Shown here in pieces: positions 49,844 through 59,362 of a stretch of DNA of 64,000 nucleotides. This DNA comes from Desulfomonilia bacterium. GTDB lineage: Bacteria > Desulfobacterota > Desulfomonilia > UBA1062. How positions within the stretch are numbered: the first letter of the stretch is position 1; each line of letters opens with the position of its first letter. The notes beneath the pieces are model-generated. The model ran no database searches and was not told where the DNA came from. It was given only the letters and a program-made list of their open reading frames with translations. The stretch is from positions 512,001 to 576,000 of the forward strand of contig CAXXDQ010000004.1 of assembly GCA_963664325.2 (NCBI GenBank), read 5' to 3'. The translations under genes were made by a program, and so were the position numbers.

Positions 49844-50030
49844 TTTAATTTCCTCAGTGTGGATTTAAAAACTCGACCTTTCTTCTTCCCCTTCTGTCCG
49901 GAAAATGGTTATATAATTTTCTTCGACCCGCAGCAGCCGTGAATTGAAGAAAACAGGTTGCCTTTTTCCCCTTGCAGGGGAATAGGCGTAAGTGACGGGT
50001 AGAGGCTTTTTCATATCTTATCCGGTTTGT

Positions 50031-51041
50031 TCATTTCAACCAGGCATCCGCCGGAAGACCTGGTTTGAGGGACGTATCCGGATTTGGGATGTCTATCTTT
50101 ACCAGGTAGACGTATTTCACCCTTTCTTCTTTTGTCTGGATAATCTTCGGCGTGAATTCAGCCGTCTGTGAAATATAAGACACCTTGCCTTCATAGACCC
50201 TGCCCGGCTGGGAATCGACTTTAACTTCCGCTCTCTGGCCCTGTTTGACTTTCGCGATGTCGGTTTCTCTGACGAAAATTTTAAGCTGGACCTTTTTCAA
50301 GTCGGCCATGGACAAGACTTCCCTCGTTTGAGTGATCACCTCGCCGGGCTCCATGCTGCGGCTCAGGATCACACCGTCAAAGGGGGCGATCAGTTTTGTA
50401 TATCCAAGTCGGATTTTTGCTTCATCAAGCTGCGATACCGCAAGATCAAGCTGGGCTTCCGCCTGTTCCATGTCTTTTTTTGTCGCCTCTATCTTGCCCA
50501 GATTGCTTTTTGAAGCAACGAGTGCCGCCTGCGCCTGGTTCATTCTGGAACGGGCATTGTCAGTTGCCAGCTTTACATCATCCCGCTCCTTTTGGGTTAC
50601 GACACCCCTGCTGTACAGTTCCTCATACCTTTTATCGTTGATCTTCGTATTTTCGTAAGTCTGGGTCGCAATCTTCAGGGCGGCTTCCGCCTGCCGGACG
50701 TCTTCGGGAAGGGATTTGTCATATATGCCGAGGACAACTTTGAGCTGCTGCACCGCCTTGCTCGAACGGTCGACATTCGATATGGCCTGCATCACCCTGG
50801 AGTCATATTCCGACGGCTCGAGTTCGGCTATGACATCACCTGCCTTCACGCTCTGTCCCTCGTCAAAAAATATGTTTACTATCCGTCCGGGGGTCTGGAA
50901 TGAAAGATTTGACTCGTGGGCATCTATGGTCCCGGAATACCACATTTCTCCGGTCGAGTTCATGATCTGCGTGCGGTATACAAGAACGCCTGCTATAATG
51001 ATCAGGACAATGAATAAAGCCAGGATTGCAAACCTTTTCAT
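50031..51041 (-). CDS. HlyD-family periplasmic adaptor (YbhG-like)
   Basis: N-terminal TM, lipoyl half-motifs, coiled coil, AEFTPK..QT..ER, LKPGLPAD. Confidence 0.92.
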   Translation of the reverse strand: MKRFAILALFIVLIIIAGVLVYRTQIMNSTGEMWYSGTIDAHESNLSFQTPGRIVNIFFDEGQSVKAGDVIAELEPSEYDSRVMQAISNVDRSSKAVQQLKVVLGIYDKSLPEDVRQAEAALKIATQTYENTKINDKRYEELYSRGVVTQKERDDVKLATDNARSRMNQAQAALVASKSNLGKIEATKKDMEQAEAQLDLAVSQLDEAKIRLGYTKLIAPFDGVILSRSMEPGEVITQTREVLSMADLKKVQLKIFVRETDIAKVKQGQRAEVKVDSQPGRVYEGKVSYISQTAEFTPKIIQTKEERVKYVYLVKIDIPNPDTSLKPGLPADAWLK

Positions 51042-52396
51042 TTTACACCTCCGGTTGTTAAAGAAGATGAATCGATCTTTACGCCCATCGCCCTTTCAAG
51101 TCTGGCAAGGGCGATCGCATTGTCACCGAGTGCAGCTGCATAATCAGACCTGGCGCGCGTCAGCAGCGCCTCGGCATCAAGGACTTCTGTTCCGGTGCCG
51201 AGCCTTTCGCGGTATCGCTCGGAACTAACACGGTAGTTTTCCTCAGCCCTTGTTATCGCAGTGAAGGAGACTTCAACCTGTTTTGATGAATCTTCAAGGT
51301 CAAGCCAGGCCTTCTTTGTTTCGAGGCGGACCATGTCTTCAATCTGAGCAACGGCGATATCTGATTGAGTGAGTCTGGCTTTTGAGGCGTCAACCCTGCT
51401 TTTCGTTTTGCCCCATTCCCAGAAATTCCAGGTGGCGGCTGCCGATATGTACCATGAATCTCTGTCCTTATAATCGCTGCCGTTCATACTCAAGTCACCG
51501 CCTGCGCGTTCTGCATGTCCAAACGCATTGATACTTGGAAGGTATTCCGATTTTGCAACTTTCAGTATGCTTTCAGACTGTTCCTTCCTGTATCTGGCGG
51601 ACAGCACTTCAGGCCTGGAATCAAGGGCCCGGTTTATACAAGGCTCGAGCTGTTCGTTGAATTTGAACAGGCAAAGATTGTCAGCCAGCATCACCTTTTC
51701 GTTTATATCCCTTCTCAGAAGAATGTTAAATTGGGATTCGGCCATTTTGAGATTATTCTCGGCGGTCAATAGTGAGCGCTGACCCGAGGCCAGCTCTACT
51801 TCTGCCCTGAGCAGATCATTGAGAGGGGCAATCTTAACGTCGTAAAAAGCCTGTGCGGTTTTCATATGGGCCTCAAGCATATCAACATAACTCTTGGCGG
51901 CGTCCCTCATCCTGGCTGCCTTCAACACATTGTAATAGGCTGTCTTCGTCTGCTCGATCACATCGTTTATCTGGGATGTCCTTTCATGGGAGGCCACATC
52001 TTGGCCGGTCTTTGAGGCCTTATAGCTGTAATATATGGCGCCGCCTGTGAATATCGGCTGCTTTGCATCAAGACCCAGAGCATAGTTGTCCCTTGTTCCT
52101 ATTGTAATGATCGAAGGGGGGAGCAGGGGTCCCATTCCGGGGAAAACCATCGTAGGTTCCGCATTCAACCGCGTAATGCCATAGGTCATGCTGAGGCCCG
52201 GCAGAAAGGCCGCCCGGGATTCCCCAATTCTGGCCTTTGCAATGGCGAGATTCTCATCCGACTGCTTTATACCGAGATTCTGTTGAAGGGCTATATTTAT
52301 GCTTTGATCAAGGGTCATGTTTTCAGCATGAAGAAGGGGCGGCATTATCAGACATGATAATACCGCGGCGCCAATTATAAACACCAGTCTGTTCAT
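51038..52396 (-). CDS. TolC-family outer-membrane efflux protein
   Basis: Signal peptide, two OEP repeats (AFLPGLS, EYLPSI), LERAMG. Confidence 0.9.
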   Translation of the reverse strand: MNRLVFIIGAAVLSCLIMPPLLHAENMTLDQSINIALQQNLGIKQSDENLAIAKARIGESRAAFLPGLSMTYGITRLNAEPTMVFPGMGPLLPPSIITIGTRDNYALGLDAKQPIFTGGAIYYSYKASKTGQDVASHERTSQINDVIEQTKTAYYNVLKAARMRDAAKSYVDMLEAHMKTAQAFYDVKIAPLNDLLRAEVELASGQRSLLTAENNLKMAESQFNILLRRDINEKVMLADNLCLFKFNEQLEPCINRALDSRPEVLSARYRKEQSESILKVAKSEYLPSINAFGHAERAGGDLSMNGSDYKDRDSWYISAAATWNFWEWGKTKSRVDASKARLTQSDIAVAQIEDMVRLETKKAWLDLEDSSKQVEVSFTAITRAEENYRVSSERYRERLGTGTEVLDAEALLTRARSDYAAALGDNAIALARLERAMGVKIDSSSLTTGGVK

Positions 52397-53034
52397 TTGA
52401 CACCTCCGGGTTCTTTACCTGCAAGCACCGACCTCATCACCAGCCGCTCGATTTCAGATGAAATATATGATGAAGAATTTTCATACATCTTTCTCATTGC
52501 CTTCGGAGCATTGTCCTTCGAGCAAAGAAGCGGGATAATTGTGTTCGATGATATTATACCGCCAAGGATCATAACATGAACAAGCGGAGGCAGTGTTTTT
52601 ATAAAAACACCGGTTTTTGTTCCAGCCTCGATAACCCCGGTAATAATGGAAATGATCCTTAACAGGTCTTTAAAGAAAATATCAGGAAGGTTGATGCCGC
52701 CCGAGGCAATCTCACGCATCATTATCCGGGGCATTTCAGGGATGCATCCGATGGCGCTGTAAAGCTCTCTTACATATGTTCTCAGCTTTTCTTCAGGATT
52801 GCCTGCATTTTTTAATTCCTGTTCAACCCTCTCTGCCACCCTTCCGATCACGCCGTGCAGAACCTCTGCATATAATGCCTTTTTGTCTCCCACATGGTAA
52901 TAGAGCATGGCCTTGTTAACGCATGCCCTTCGCGCAATTTCGTCGACACGGGCACCTTCAAAACCCTTTTCTGCAAATTCGCCCAGTGCGGCATTGAGAA
53001 TCTTATCAGTTACCCCATCCTTTTTATCCGACAT
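52393..53034 (-). CDS. TetR-family transcriptional regulator
   Basis: ILNAALGEFAEKGFEGARVDEIARRACVNKAMLYYH; AAGGGG RBS before ATG 53034. Confidence 0.93.
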   Translation of the reverse strand: MSDKKDGVTDKILNAALGEFAEKGFEGARVDEIARRACVNKAMLYYHVGDKKALYAEVLHGVIGRVAERVEQELKNAGNPEEKLRTYVRELYSAIGCIPEMPRIMMREIASGGINLPDIFFKDLLRIISIITGVIEAGTKTGVFIKTLPPLVHVMILGGIISSNTIIPLLCSKDNAPKAMRKMYENSSSYISSEIERLVMRSVLAGKEPGGVK

Positions 53035-53058
53035 CACTAATCCCCTTTTAGATACATT

Positions 53059-53091
53059 AACTAAACGGTAGGTTAAACTAACTGGATAGTT
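53059..53091. promoter_or_regulatory. Two tandem imperfect palindromes, probable TetR operators
   Basis: AACTAAACGGTAGGTT (53059-53074) and AACTAACTGGATAGTT (53076-53091), 25 bp upstream of tetR. Confidence 0.6.
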
Positions 53092-53471
53092 AACACTTAA
53101 ACAAAAGAAAAACAAGTTTTTTATTTCTTTTTTACGGGAATTACGCTATATATTTATTCAGGATGTGCATAATTGGTTATGTGTTGGCTTGTATGACATA
53201 TTGTTATGGGATTGTTTCTTGATATTTTCACAATTAAACTGACACACTGAAATTTTTTATTGTGGTTTTATCTTTATTTCCCCGTGTTCGAATTTCAATA
53301 TTTGCAATAGTATTCGGCTTATAAAAAATTTTGCTCATCCTTGAAAGGCATATATAAATGCCCATATATAAAAGGAGATGTTAAAAAAACACTTCATTGC
53401 AAAAGGAAATAACGAAGCAATGCTAACAATGGAAAACCAATGTTCTGGAATTTTTTAAAAGGAGAAAGCTT

Positions 53472-53912
53472 ATGAAAAAAACTTTGTTAAAAAGTTTTTT
53501 ACTGACAACCGTACTGGCTGTAATTGCCGTTTCATGGGCAACTGCAGCCCCTGTTGGAATGGATAATATCAAGGAATTATATTTTTCAGAATCAGGGTTA
53601 TATTTGAAATATTCGTTGAATCCATCAGACGGCACATATCAGGAAGATATAAGGCTAGACAGCTTCGGAAATTATTCAAATTGGTGCCAGACATACACTT
53701 TCGATTCCAGCAATTACCCCGATAATGCTTTTATCCTGTTATCCGATGTGAAACCTGATGCCGATATGATCTGGCTCGATTATTCCAACTGCAAAAGACC
53801 GGAACCCGCTCCTGTGCCTGAACCCCGTACAATAGCGCTGCTTGGTTTAGGTTTGATCTCGGCAGGGATAATGCTCAAAAAGAGGATTCTGAAAAATCCA
53901 TCAGCGGCATAA
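53472..53912 (+). CDS. PEP-CTERM sorting-domain protein
   Basis: Signal peptide; C-terminal PVPEP + TM (TIALLGLGLISAGIML) + basic KKR. Confidence 0.9.
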   Translation: MKKTLLKSFLLTTVLAVIAVSWATAAPVGMDNIKELYFSESGLYLKYSLNPSDGTYQEDIRLDSFGNYSNWCQTYTFDSSNYPDNAFILLSDVKPDADMIWLDYSNCKRPEPAPVPEPRTIALLGLGLISAGIMLKKRILKNPSAA

Positions 53913-54146
53913 AATAATTTGCAAAGATTAAAATCAGTATGCTGAAAATGTTACCGGTTCAAAGGAACTTGATCGTAACGTATAAAATTTGAGGATCAGG
54001 CTTTAAGGTGCGGTTAAGCTTAACAGGCAGGTTTTAATTTGTCTTTTCACACTGCTCCAAACTGAGATGTCATGGCGAACAGGAAACTTGTTTTAAAATA
54101 AGTATGCATAAACAATACTCACAGCTAATTTATAAGTTTGCAGGTG

Positions 54147-55403
54147 TTAGTCGTTTTCGATTCCCGCCTCTGCCCTGCTCATATCCCTGAAATTGTTAAC
54201 TCCAGTGAAGAATTCCCGCATCATGATCACCCAGTAATAGCGCCCCTTTTCTGTCAGCTGAAGAGTTTCAGGGGTAGTTTTCATGGCGCCAATAAGGGAA
54301 AAGAACATACATTCAAATGGAAGAAGCTTCCAAGGGTCTTTACCGAACCTTTGAATAAAAATGCCTCTCGGCACTTTTAATCCGAAAAGCCCCATTAGAA
54401 AAATATATCGTGCAAGTTCTTTTTTTGAGAATTTCTTTCTTGCATAAACCGGAAGTTTTCCGTCCCGGAGGTCTTTTATGTATCGTCTGATGGAAAATGT
54501 ATTTGCGTATATTGAACCGCTTGCTAGTCCGAACGCCCCGCTTCCAATTCCGGCATAATCTTCGTTGGACGTTATATATTCGTCAATCATTGCTTCTGAC
54601 AGGGAATAACACCAAGCAGACTGTGGAGAATAATCCGGTGAAAGATTTTCCGATATGATCTCATTAAAGAGCCGCTCTTTTCTCAAGCTGTGATGCCCCA
54701 TGATTTTCTTCATCTCTCTTATGGTTTCGTCTGAAACCATCAGTGGGTAAAAAGTGATCTGGTCGGGCCTTATATTATTAAGTATATATATATCATTAAG
54801 TAACTGGTCACTGTTTTGGACAGGATAATTATAGATCATATCAATATTTAGAGTTCCAATAATATTTTTTATGTATGATATTTTATCGTTCAGTTCATCT
54901 CCGCTGCCGTATTTTTCATATCTTCCGATTAATTTGAGTATATCATCATTGAATGTCTGAACCCCGACCGAAACCCGCCCTACTCCCAGATCGGCTAAAG
55001 CACAAAAATAATCTTTACTCAAAGTGTCGGGGTTTGTTTCAACAGATATGTCCCTGGGTTTATAGAGCTTGTGTATTAGCTTTAAAGTCTCGGCAAGTTC
55101 ATCCATCAATATTGTCGGAGTTCCACCGCCAATGTAGATTTCTGAAAATCTGAAACCTCTTTGTTCATATATCTCAAGCTCTTTCCTCAGGGCCAGGTAA
55201 TATGACCTAGTCAGATCTTCCCTGAACGCTACCCTGTGAAATGAACAATAGGGACAAAGCACCCTGCAGAATGGAATGTGTATGTACAGTTGAATATTCT
55301 TTTCTGGTGCTTCCGGGGGTTCGCAATGGCCAAACTCACTGAAACCAAGATAATCTGTTGTTTTGAACTTCATGAAATTCGAAATGAAAGTATCAATTAT
55401 CAT
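54147..55403 (-). CDS. HemN/HemW-like radical SAM protein
   Basis: LYIHIPFCRVLCPYC, YIGGGTPT, RVSVGVQTF, GIGSGA. Confidence 0.88.
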   Translation of the reverse strand: MIIDTFISNFMKFKTTDYLGFSEFGHCEPPEAPEKNIQLYIHIPFCRVLCPYCSFHRVAFREDLTRSYYLALRKELEIYEQRGFRFSEIYIGGGTPTILMDELAETLKLIHKLYKPRDISVETNPDTLSKDYFCALADLGVGRVSVGVQTFNDDILKLIGRYEKYGSGDELNDKISYIKNIIGTLNIDMIYNYPVQNSDQLLNDIYILNNIRPDQITFYPLMVSDETIREMKKIMGHHSLRKERLFNEIISENLSPDYSPQSAWCYSLSEAMIDEYITSNEDYAGIGSGAFGLASGSIYANTFSIRRYIKDLRDGKLPVYARKKFSKKELARYIFLMGLFGLKVPRGIFIQRFGKDPWKLLPFECMFFSLIGAMKTTPETLQLTEKGRYYWVIMMREFFTGVNNFRDMSRAEAGIEND

Positions 55404-55534
55404 GCAGTGTATAATATTGCTTTAAGGCCCTGGGTGTCCACACCTATCCTTTATAAATTACATATCATATTGGTTGGATGATGATTTCGTGTTACGACAT
55501 TTTCAAAATCGTTCCATGGAGGGCCAGATAGGCA

Positions 55535-56185
55535 GTGATACCGGTAAAAGATACTTCTTCAAAAGGTTTTGCCGCAGTTACAATACTTATTATCATTGCG
55601 AACCTTGCGATGTTTTTCGAAGAAACCAGGACCGGCAAGGCCCTGTTTGACCTGTATGGAGTAAGCCCCCATGACATTTATCTGAACCTGATAAATGGCA
55701 GGGGGAGCCTTCTTAGAATGAACCTGTCAATATTCATATCCGGCTTTATGCATGGAGGTTATTTGCATCTTTTCAGCAATATGCTTTTTCTGTATGTGTT
55801 CGGGCCGTCCATTGAAAAAGAACTCGGGTGGATGAGATATGTAGTATTTTATACGGCAGCCATTTTCGTCTCTTTTTACATCCATACATTGTTTTATCAT
55901 AATTCGGATGTCATTGTTGTCGGGGCGTCTGGTGCGATAGCCGCCATAATGGGTGTATTCGTTATCCTGAAGCCGAGTGCAAAAATAACATCAATAATAC
56001 CGGTTTTCTTTATTATTAAGATTGCCCAGATCCCGGCATTTGTTTTTATTCTGATATGGTTTGCCCTGCAGGGATTAAATGGATATTTTACACTCGGGGC
56101 GCAGACTTCTATAGCATGGTTTTCTCATATTGGAGGTTTTGTTATGGGTTTTGTTTATGGGGCGCTTTACAGGCTGAACAGGTAA
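55535..56185 (+). CDS. Rhomboid intramembrane serine protease
   Basis: MHGGYLHLFSNM, GASG, SHIGG. Confidence 0.92.
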   Translation: MIPVKDTSSKGFAAVTILIIIANLAMFFEETRTGKALFDLYGVSPHDIYLNLINGRGSLLRMNLSIFISGFMHGGYLHLFSNMLFLYVFGPSIEKELGWMRYVVFYTAAIFVSFYIHTLFYHNSDVIVVGASGAIAAIMGVFVILKPSAKITSIIPVFFIIKIAQIPAFVFILIWFALQGLNGYFTLGAQTSIAWFSHIGGFVMGFVYGALYRLNR

Positions 56186-56365
56186 TTAAAACATAATCGA
56201 TATCAAAATTATTTAAAAAATATTTGTTTTTAATCAATATATTTAAAAATTATGTAAAGTTTATTTTTTTGAATCCCGATAGGCTTGACATGAAAGATGA
56301 AGATTTAGTTCAGACAGAGTTGATTTATAATGATAACTGTTTAATATTGGTTTATAATACAGACA

Positions 56366-56650
56366 ATGAATGTACGGCGGCTCATCATAATAGGCTTTAT
56401 AATGATGGCGGCGCTAACGCTGATTTTTACAGTACCAGGCGAAAAAGGGCTTATTCAGACATACAGATTGAAGAAGGAGCTTTTTATTCTGCAATCTCAG
56501 AACGCTGCTCTAAAACAGGAGAACCAGGTGCTTGCGCAGGAAGCAAGTCTGTTAAAGGAGAGCCTTCCTTACATAGAACATATCATCACAAGAGAAATGA
56601 ACATGGTAAGGCCGGGGGACACCATCGTAATAATAAAAAAGAAAAAGTAA
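56366..56650 (+). CDS. ftsB: FtsB/DivIC septum formation initiator
   Basis: TM, GEKG, leucine-zipper coiled coil, YIE...RE.NMVRPGD. Confidence 0.82.
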   Translation: MNVRRLIIIGFIMMAALTLIFTVPGEKGLIQTYRLKKELFILQSQNAALKQENQVLAQEASLLKESLPYIEHIITREMNMVRPGDTIVIIKKKK

Positions 56651-56668
56651 TATTTGCGGGGTGAGTGA

Positions 56669-57727
56669 ATGCTTTTCGGCAAAAAAACCTTGTTAGGCTT
56701 GGACATCGGGTCACAAAGCATCAAAATGGTGGATCTGGAAAAAACCCGATCCGGATATGAATTAAAGTCCATGGGAATCGCTATTGTGCCTTCTGAGTGC
56801 ATAGTAGACAAAGATATAATGGATTCGGAAACGGTTGTTGAGACAATAAGAAACCTGAGGGATAATCTGAAAATCTCGCCAAAAGGTACGGCCACAGCTG
56901 TTTCCGGCCACTCTGTAATTGTCAAGAAGGCCGAAATATCAACAATGTCGAGAGCCGAACTTGAACAGACGTTGATGGTTGAAGCGGAGCAATACATACC
57001 TTTTGACATCAATGATGTTTACCTTGACTTTCATATCCTTGGAGAAAGCCTTGAGAGACAGGACATGATGGATGTCCTTTTTGTAGCATCAAAAAGAGAA
57101 CTCGTGGATGATTATTCATCGGTTATAAAGAATGCCGGCCTCAAACCATTAATTGTTGACGTGGATGTCTTTGCTATCGAAAACATGTATCATTCCAATT
57201 ATCCGGATGCTCCTGAAACTATTGTTGCCCTTGTTGATGTAGGGGCATCAATGATTAATATAAATGTAATGAGAGAGGGTACTTCGATTTTTGCGAGAGA
57301 TATTTCAATGGGCGGCCGTCAGATGACCGAACGCATACAAAGGGAATTCGGAGTCAGCTTTGAAAGGGCGGAAAATATAAAATGCGGTGCAAGCATAGAG
57401 GGAATTGATCTCGAACGTGTAAATTATATTTTCAAGATGGCTTCTGAAACGTATGCCCAGGAAATAAAAAGGACACTGGATTTTTTCCTCTCCACAATGG
57501 TGAATGAAAATATAGAAAAGATTTACATAAGCGGCGGTGGTGCAAGAATGCCTGGATTGATCTCTCTTATGCAAAAACAAAACGAAATACCTGTTGAGAT
57601 CATTAACCCGTTCAACAATATTACATGGAATGAAAAAAATTTTGATCCTGCATACATGGCCTATATTGCCCCGCAGATGGCAGTTGCAGTAGGCCTGGCG
57701 TTAAGGAGGGCGGATTACAAATGGTAA
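56669..57727 (+). CDS. pilM: Type IV pilus assembly protein PilM
   Basis: GLDIGSQSIK actin-like fold, EAEQYIPF, DVG, SGGG, AVGLALR. Confidence 0.95.
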   Translation: MLFGKKTLLGLDIGSQSIKMVDLEKTRSGYELKSMGIAIVPSECIVDKDIMDSETVVETIRNLRDNLKISPKGTATAVSGHSVIVKKAEISTMSRAELEQTLMVEAEQYIPFDINDVYLDFHILGESLERQDMMDVLFVASKRELVDDYSSVIKNAGLKPLIVDVDVFAIENMYHSNYPDAPETIVALVDVGASMININVMREGTSIFARDISMGGRQMTERIQREFGVSFERAENIKCGASIEGIDLERVNYIFKMASETYAQEIKRTLDFFLSTMVNENIEKIYISGGGARMPGLISLMQKQNEIPVEIINPFNNITWNEKNFDPAYMAYIAPQMAVAVGLALRRADYKW

Positions 57728-58257
57728 CGATCAATCTGCTTCCGGTAAAAGATGAGTTAAGGCTGAATGCCATCATACAGCACATCGTAGTGTTTGCCGT
57801 ATGTATCGGTATAGTTGTTATTGGCCTTGGTGTCCTTCAGGGAACGATGAAAAAACAAAAATCCATGATCGAAAGTGATATTCAGGCAACACAGATCCAG
57901 ATTAAAGAACTTAAAGTCAAGGCAGAAGAGATTGAAAAAGTTAAGAAACGCAGGATGGAACTGGAGAAAAAACTTCAGGTCATCAATGACTTGAGTACTC
58001 AGAAAACAGGCCCGGTGGAGGATCTGGATGAATTAAGCATGCTTATCCCCGAAAAGGCATGGATCGGTTCCTTTACAAACACGGGCGATAAGGTGATAAT
58101 AGACGGCACCGCAGTCGATAATACAATCATTGCCGAATTCATGAAACGACTGCAGGGATCTAAGCATTACACTGATGTGGAGCTTGTCTTTTCCCAACAG
58201 GAAGGACTTAACCATAAATTTGTGATTCAGTGTAAAATCAAAAAGATTCAAAATTGA
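57721..58257 (+). CDS. pilN: Type IV pilus assembly protein PilN
   Basis: INLLP motif, TM, coiled coil. Confidence 0.93.
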   Translation: MVTINLLPVKDELRLNAIIQHIVVFAVCIGIVVIGLGVLQGTMKKQKSMIESDIQATQIQIKELKVKAEEIEKVKKRRMELEKKLQVINDLSTQKTGPVEDLDELSMLIPEKAWIGSFTNTGDKVIIDGTAVDNTIIAEFMKRLQGSKHYTDVELVFSQQEGLNHKFVIQCKIKKIQN

Positions 58258-58258
58258 G

Positions 58259-58855
58259 GTGGGCATGAATATCAATAAGATAATAGATATTCTACTGCAT
58301 CAGAAAACGGCTTCAAAGATGCTTATTATGCTGGCCGTTATTGTAATAATTGCCGGCCTGTACTGGTACTTTTTGTACAAGCCTCTCAGGGAAGAAATTA
58401 ATATCCTTCAACCCGAACAGGCAAAGCTCAAGAGCGAACTTATGAAAGTTCAGGCAATTGTTGCAGAAAAACCAAAATACGATGCAATGCTTGAGCAGAC
58501 CAAAATGGACTTGCTGGTTGCACTTAAACAGCTTCCGGATAAAAGTGAGATTCCATCGCTTCTTGAAAATGTTTCCTCTCTGGGTAAATCTTCAGGTCTT
58601 GAATTCCAATTATTCAAACCGAGGGTTGAAGTACCGAAAAACTTTTATGCGGAAATCCCCGTTGATATTAAGGTTGAAGGAACATTTAAGGATATTGTGG
58701 ATTTCTTTGATAAGGTATCAAAAATGCCAAGAATCGTAAATATATCCGATATAGCCATTGGCACTCCTAAGAGGGGATATGGTGGTTCCACCATTGTGGA
58801 TACATCATGCGTTGCAACCACATACAAGTTTATTGAAGGGGTAAGCACGCAATGA
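58259..58855 (+). CDS. pilO: Type IV pilus assembly protein PilO
   Basis: TM, LPDKSEIPSLL, FYAEIP, MPRIVN. Confidence 0.93.
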   Translation: MGMNINKIIDILLHQKTASKMLIMLAVIVIIAGLYWYFLYKPLREEINILQPEQAKLKSELMKVQAIVAEKPKYDAMLEQTKMDLLVALKQLPDKSEIPSLLENVSSLGKSSGLEFQLFKPRVEVPKNFYAEIPVDIKVEGTFKDIVDFFDKVSKMPRIVNISDIAIGTPKRGYGGSTIVDTSCVATTYKFIEGVSTQ

Positions 58856-59361
58856 ACAAGGATATACTGATAGCGGTATTGATAGGGGCAGCTCTCATAT
58901 TTTCCGGCTGCACAGGGAAAAAGGAAGCGGCTTCGGTCAGTAGTTTGTCAACACCAAAACCCAGTAAAATTCAAAATCTGAAACCTGTTACCACTAAAGT
59001 GGAGGAACAGAAAACAGAATATACAGTGCAGGGAGTAAGAGACCCCTTCCAGCCATATGAAATCATTAGACTGGATGACAGGTCTAAAATGACTACTGCT
59101 GATATATTGCAGAATATAACCCTTGGACAGGTTTCCCTGGTAGGTGTTATCCTTGATAAAGACCCGAAAGCCCTTGTCCAGGATGCAAGCAATACGGGTT
59201 ATATTATCAAGGAAGGCATGCACATTGGAGAAAATTCAGGTATAGTAACAAAAATAAGCAGTAATGGTGTCACTATAAAACAACACTTCAAGGACTACAT
59301 GGGAAAAGTCAACACCAGAGAAGTTGTATTGACGCTTAAGAAAGAAGAGGGGGAAAAGTAG
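58852..59361 (+). CDS. pilP: Type IV pilus lipoprotein PilP
   Basis: Lipobox FSGC, RDPF, IGENSG. Confidence 0.92.
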   Translation: MNKDILIAVLIGAALIFSGCTGKKEAASVSSLSTPKPSKIQNLKPVTTKVEEQKTEYTVQGVRDPFQPYEIIRLDDRSKMTTADILQNITLGQVSLVGVILDKDPKALVQDASNTGYIIKEGMHIGENSGIVTKISSNGVTIKQHFKDYMGKVNTREVVLTLKKEEGEK

Positions 59362-59362
59362 T

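Noticed and set aside
49864-50014. 49-codon minus-strand ORF and TTCCCC-TTGCA-GGGGAA hairpin between hlyD and the ABC ATPase
   Set aside because: No clear RBS or recognisable homology; may be a degenerate REP-like hairpin but too weak to call.
53345-53363. Possible sigma-54 promoter (GGCATATATAAATGC) for the PEP-CTERM gene
   Set aside because: GG to GC spacing is 11 nt rather than the required 10.
56224-56664. 146-aa ORF overlapping ftsB in another frame
   Set aside because: The ftsB frame has clear family features; this frame has none and starts at TTG in AT-rich DNA.
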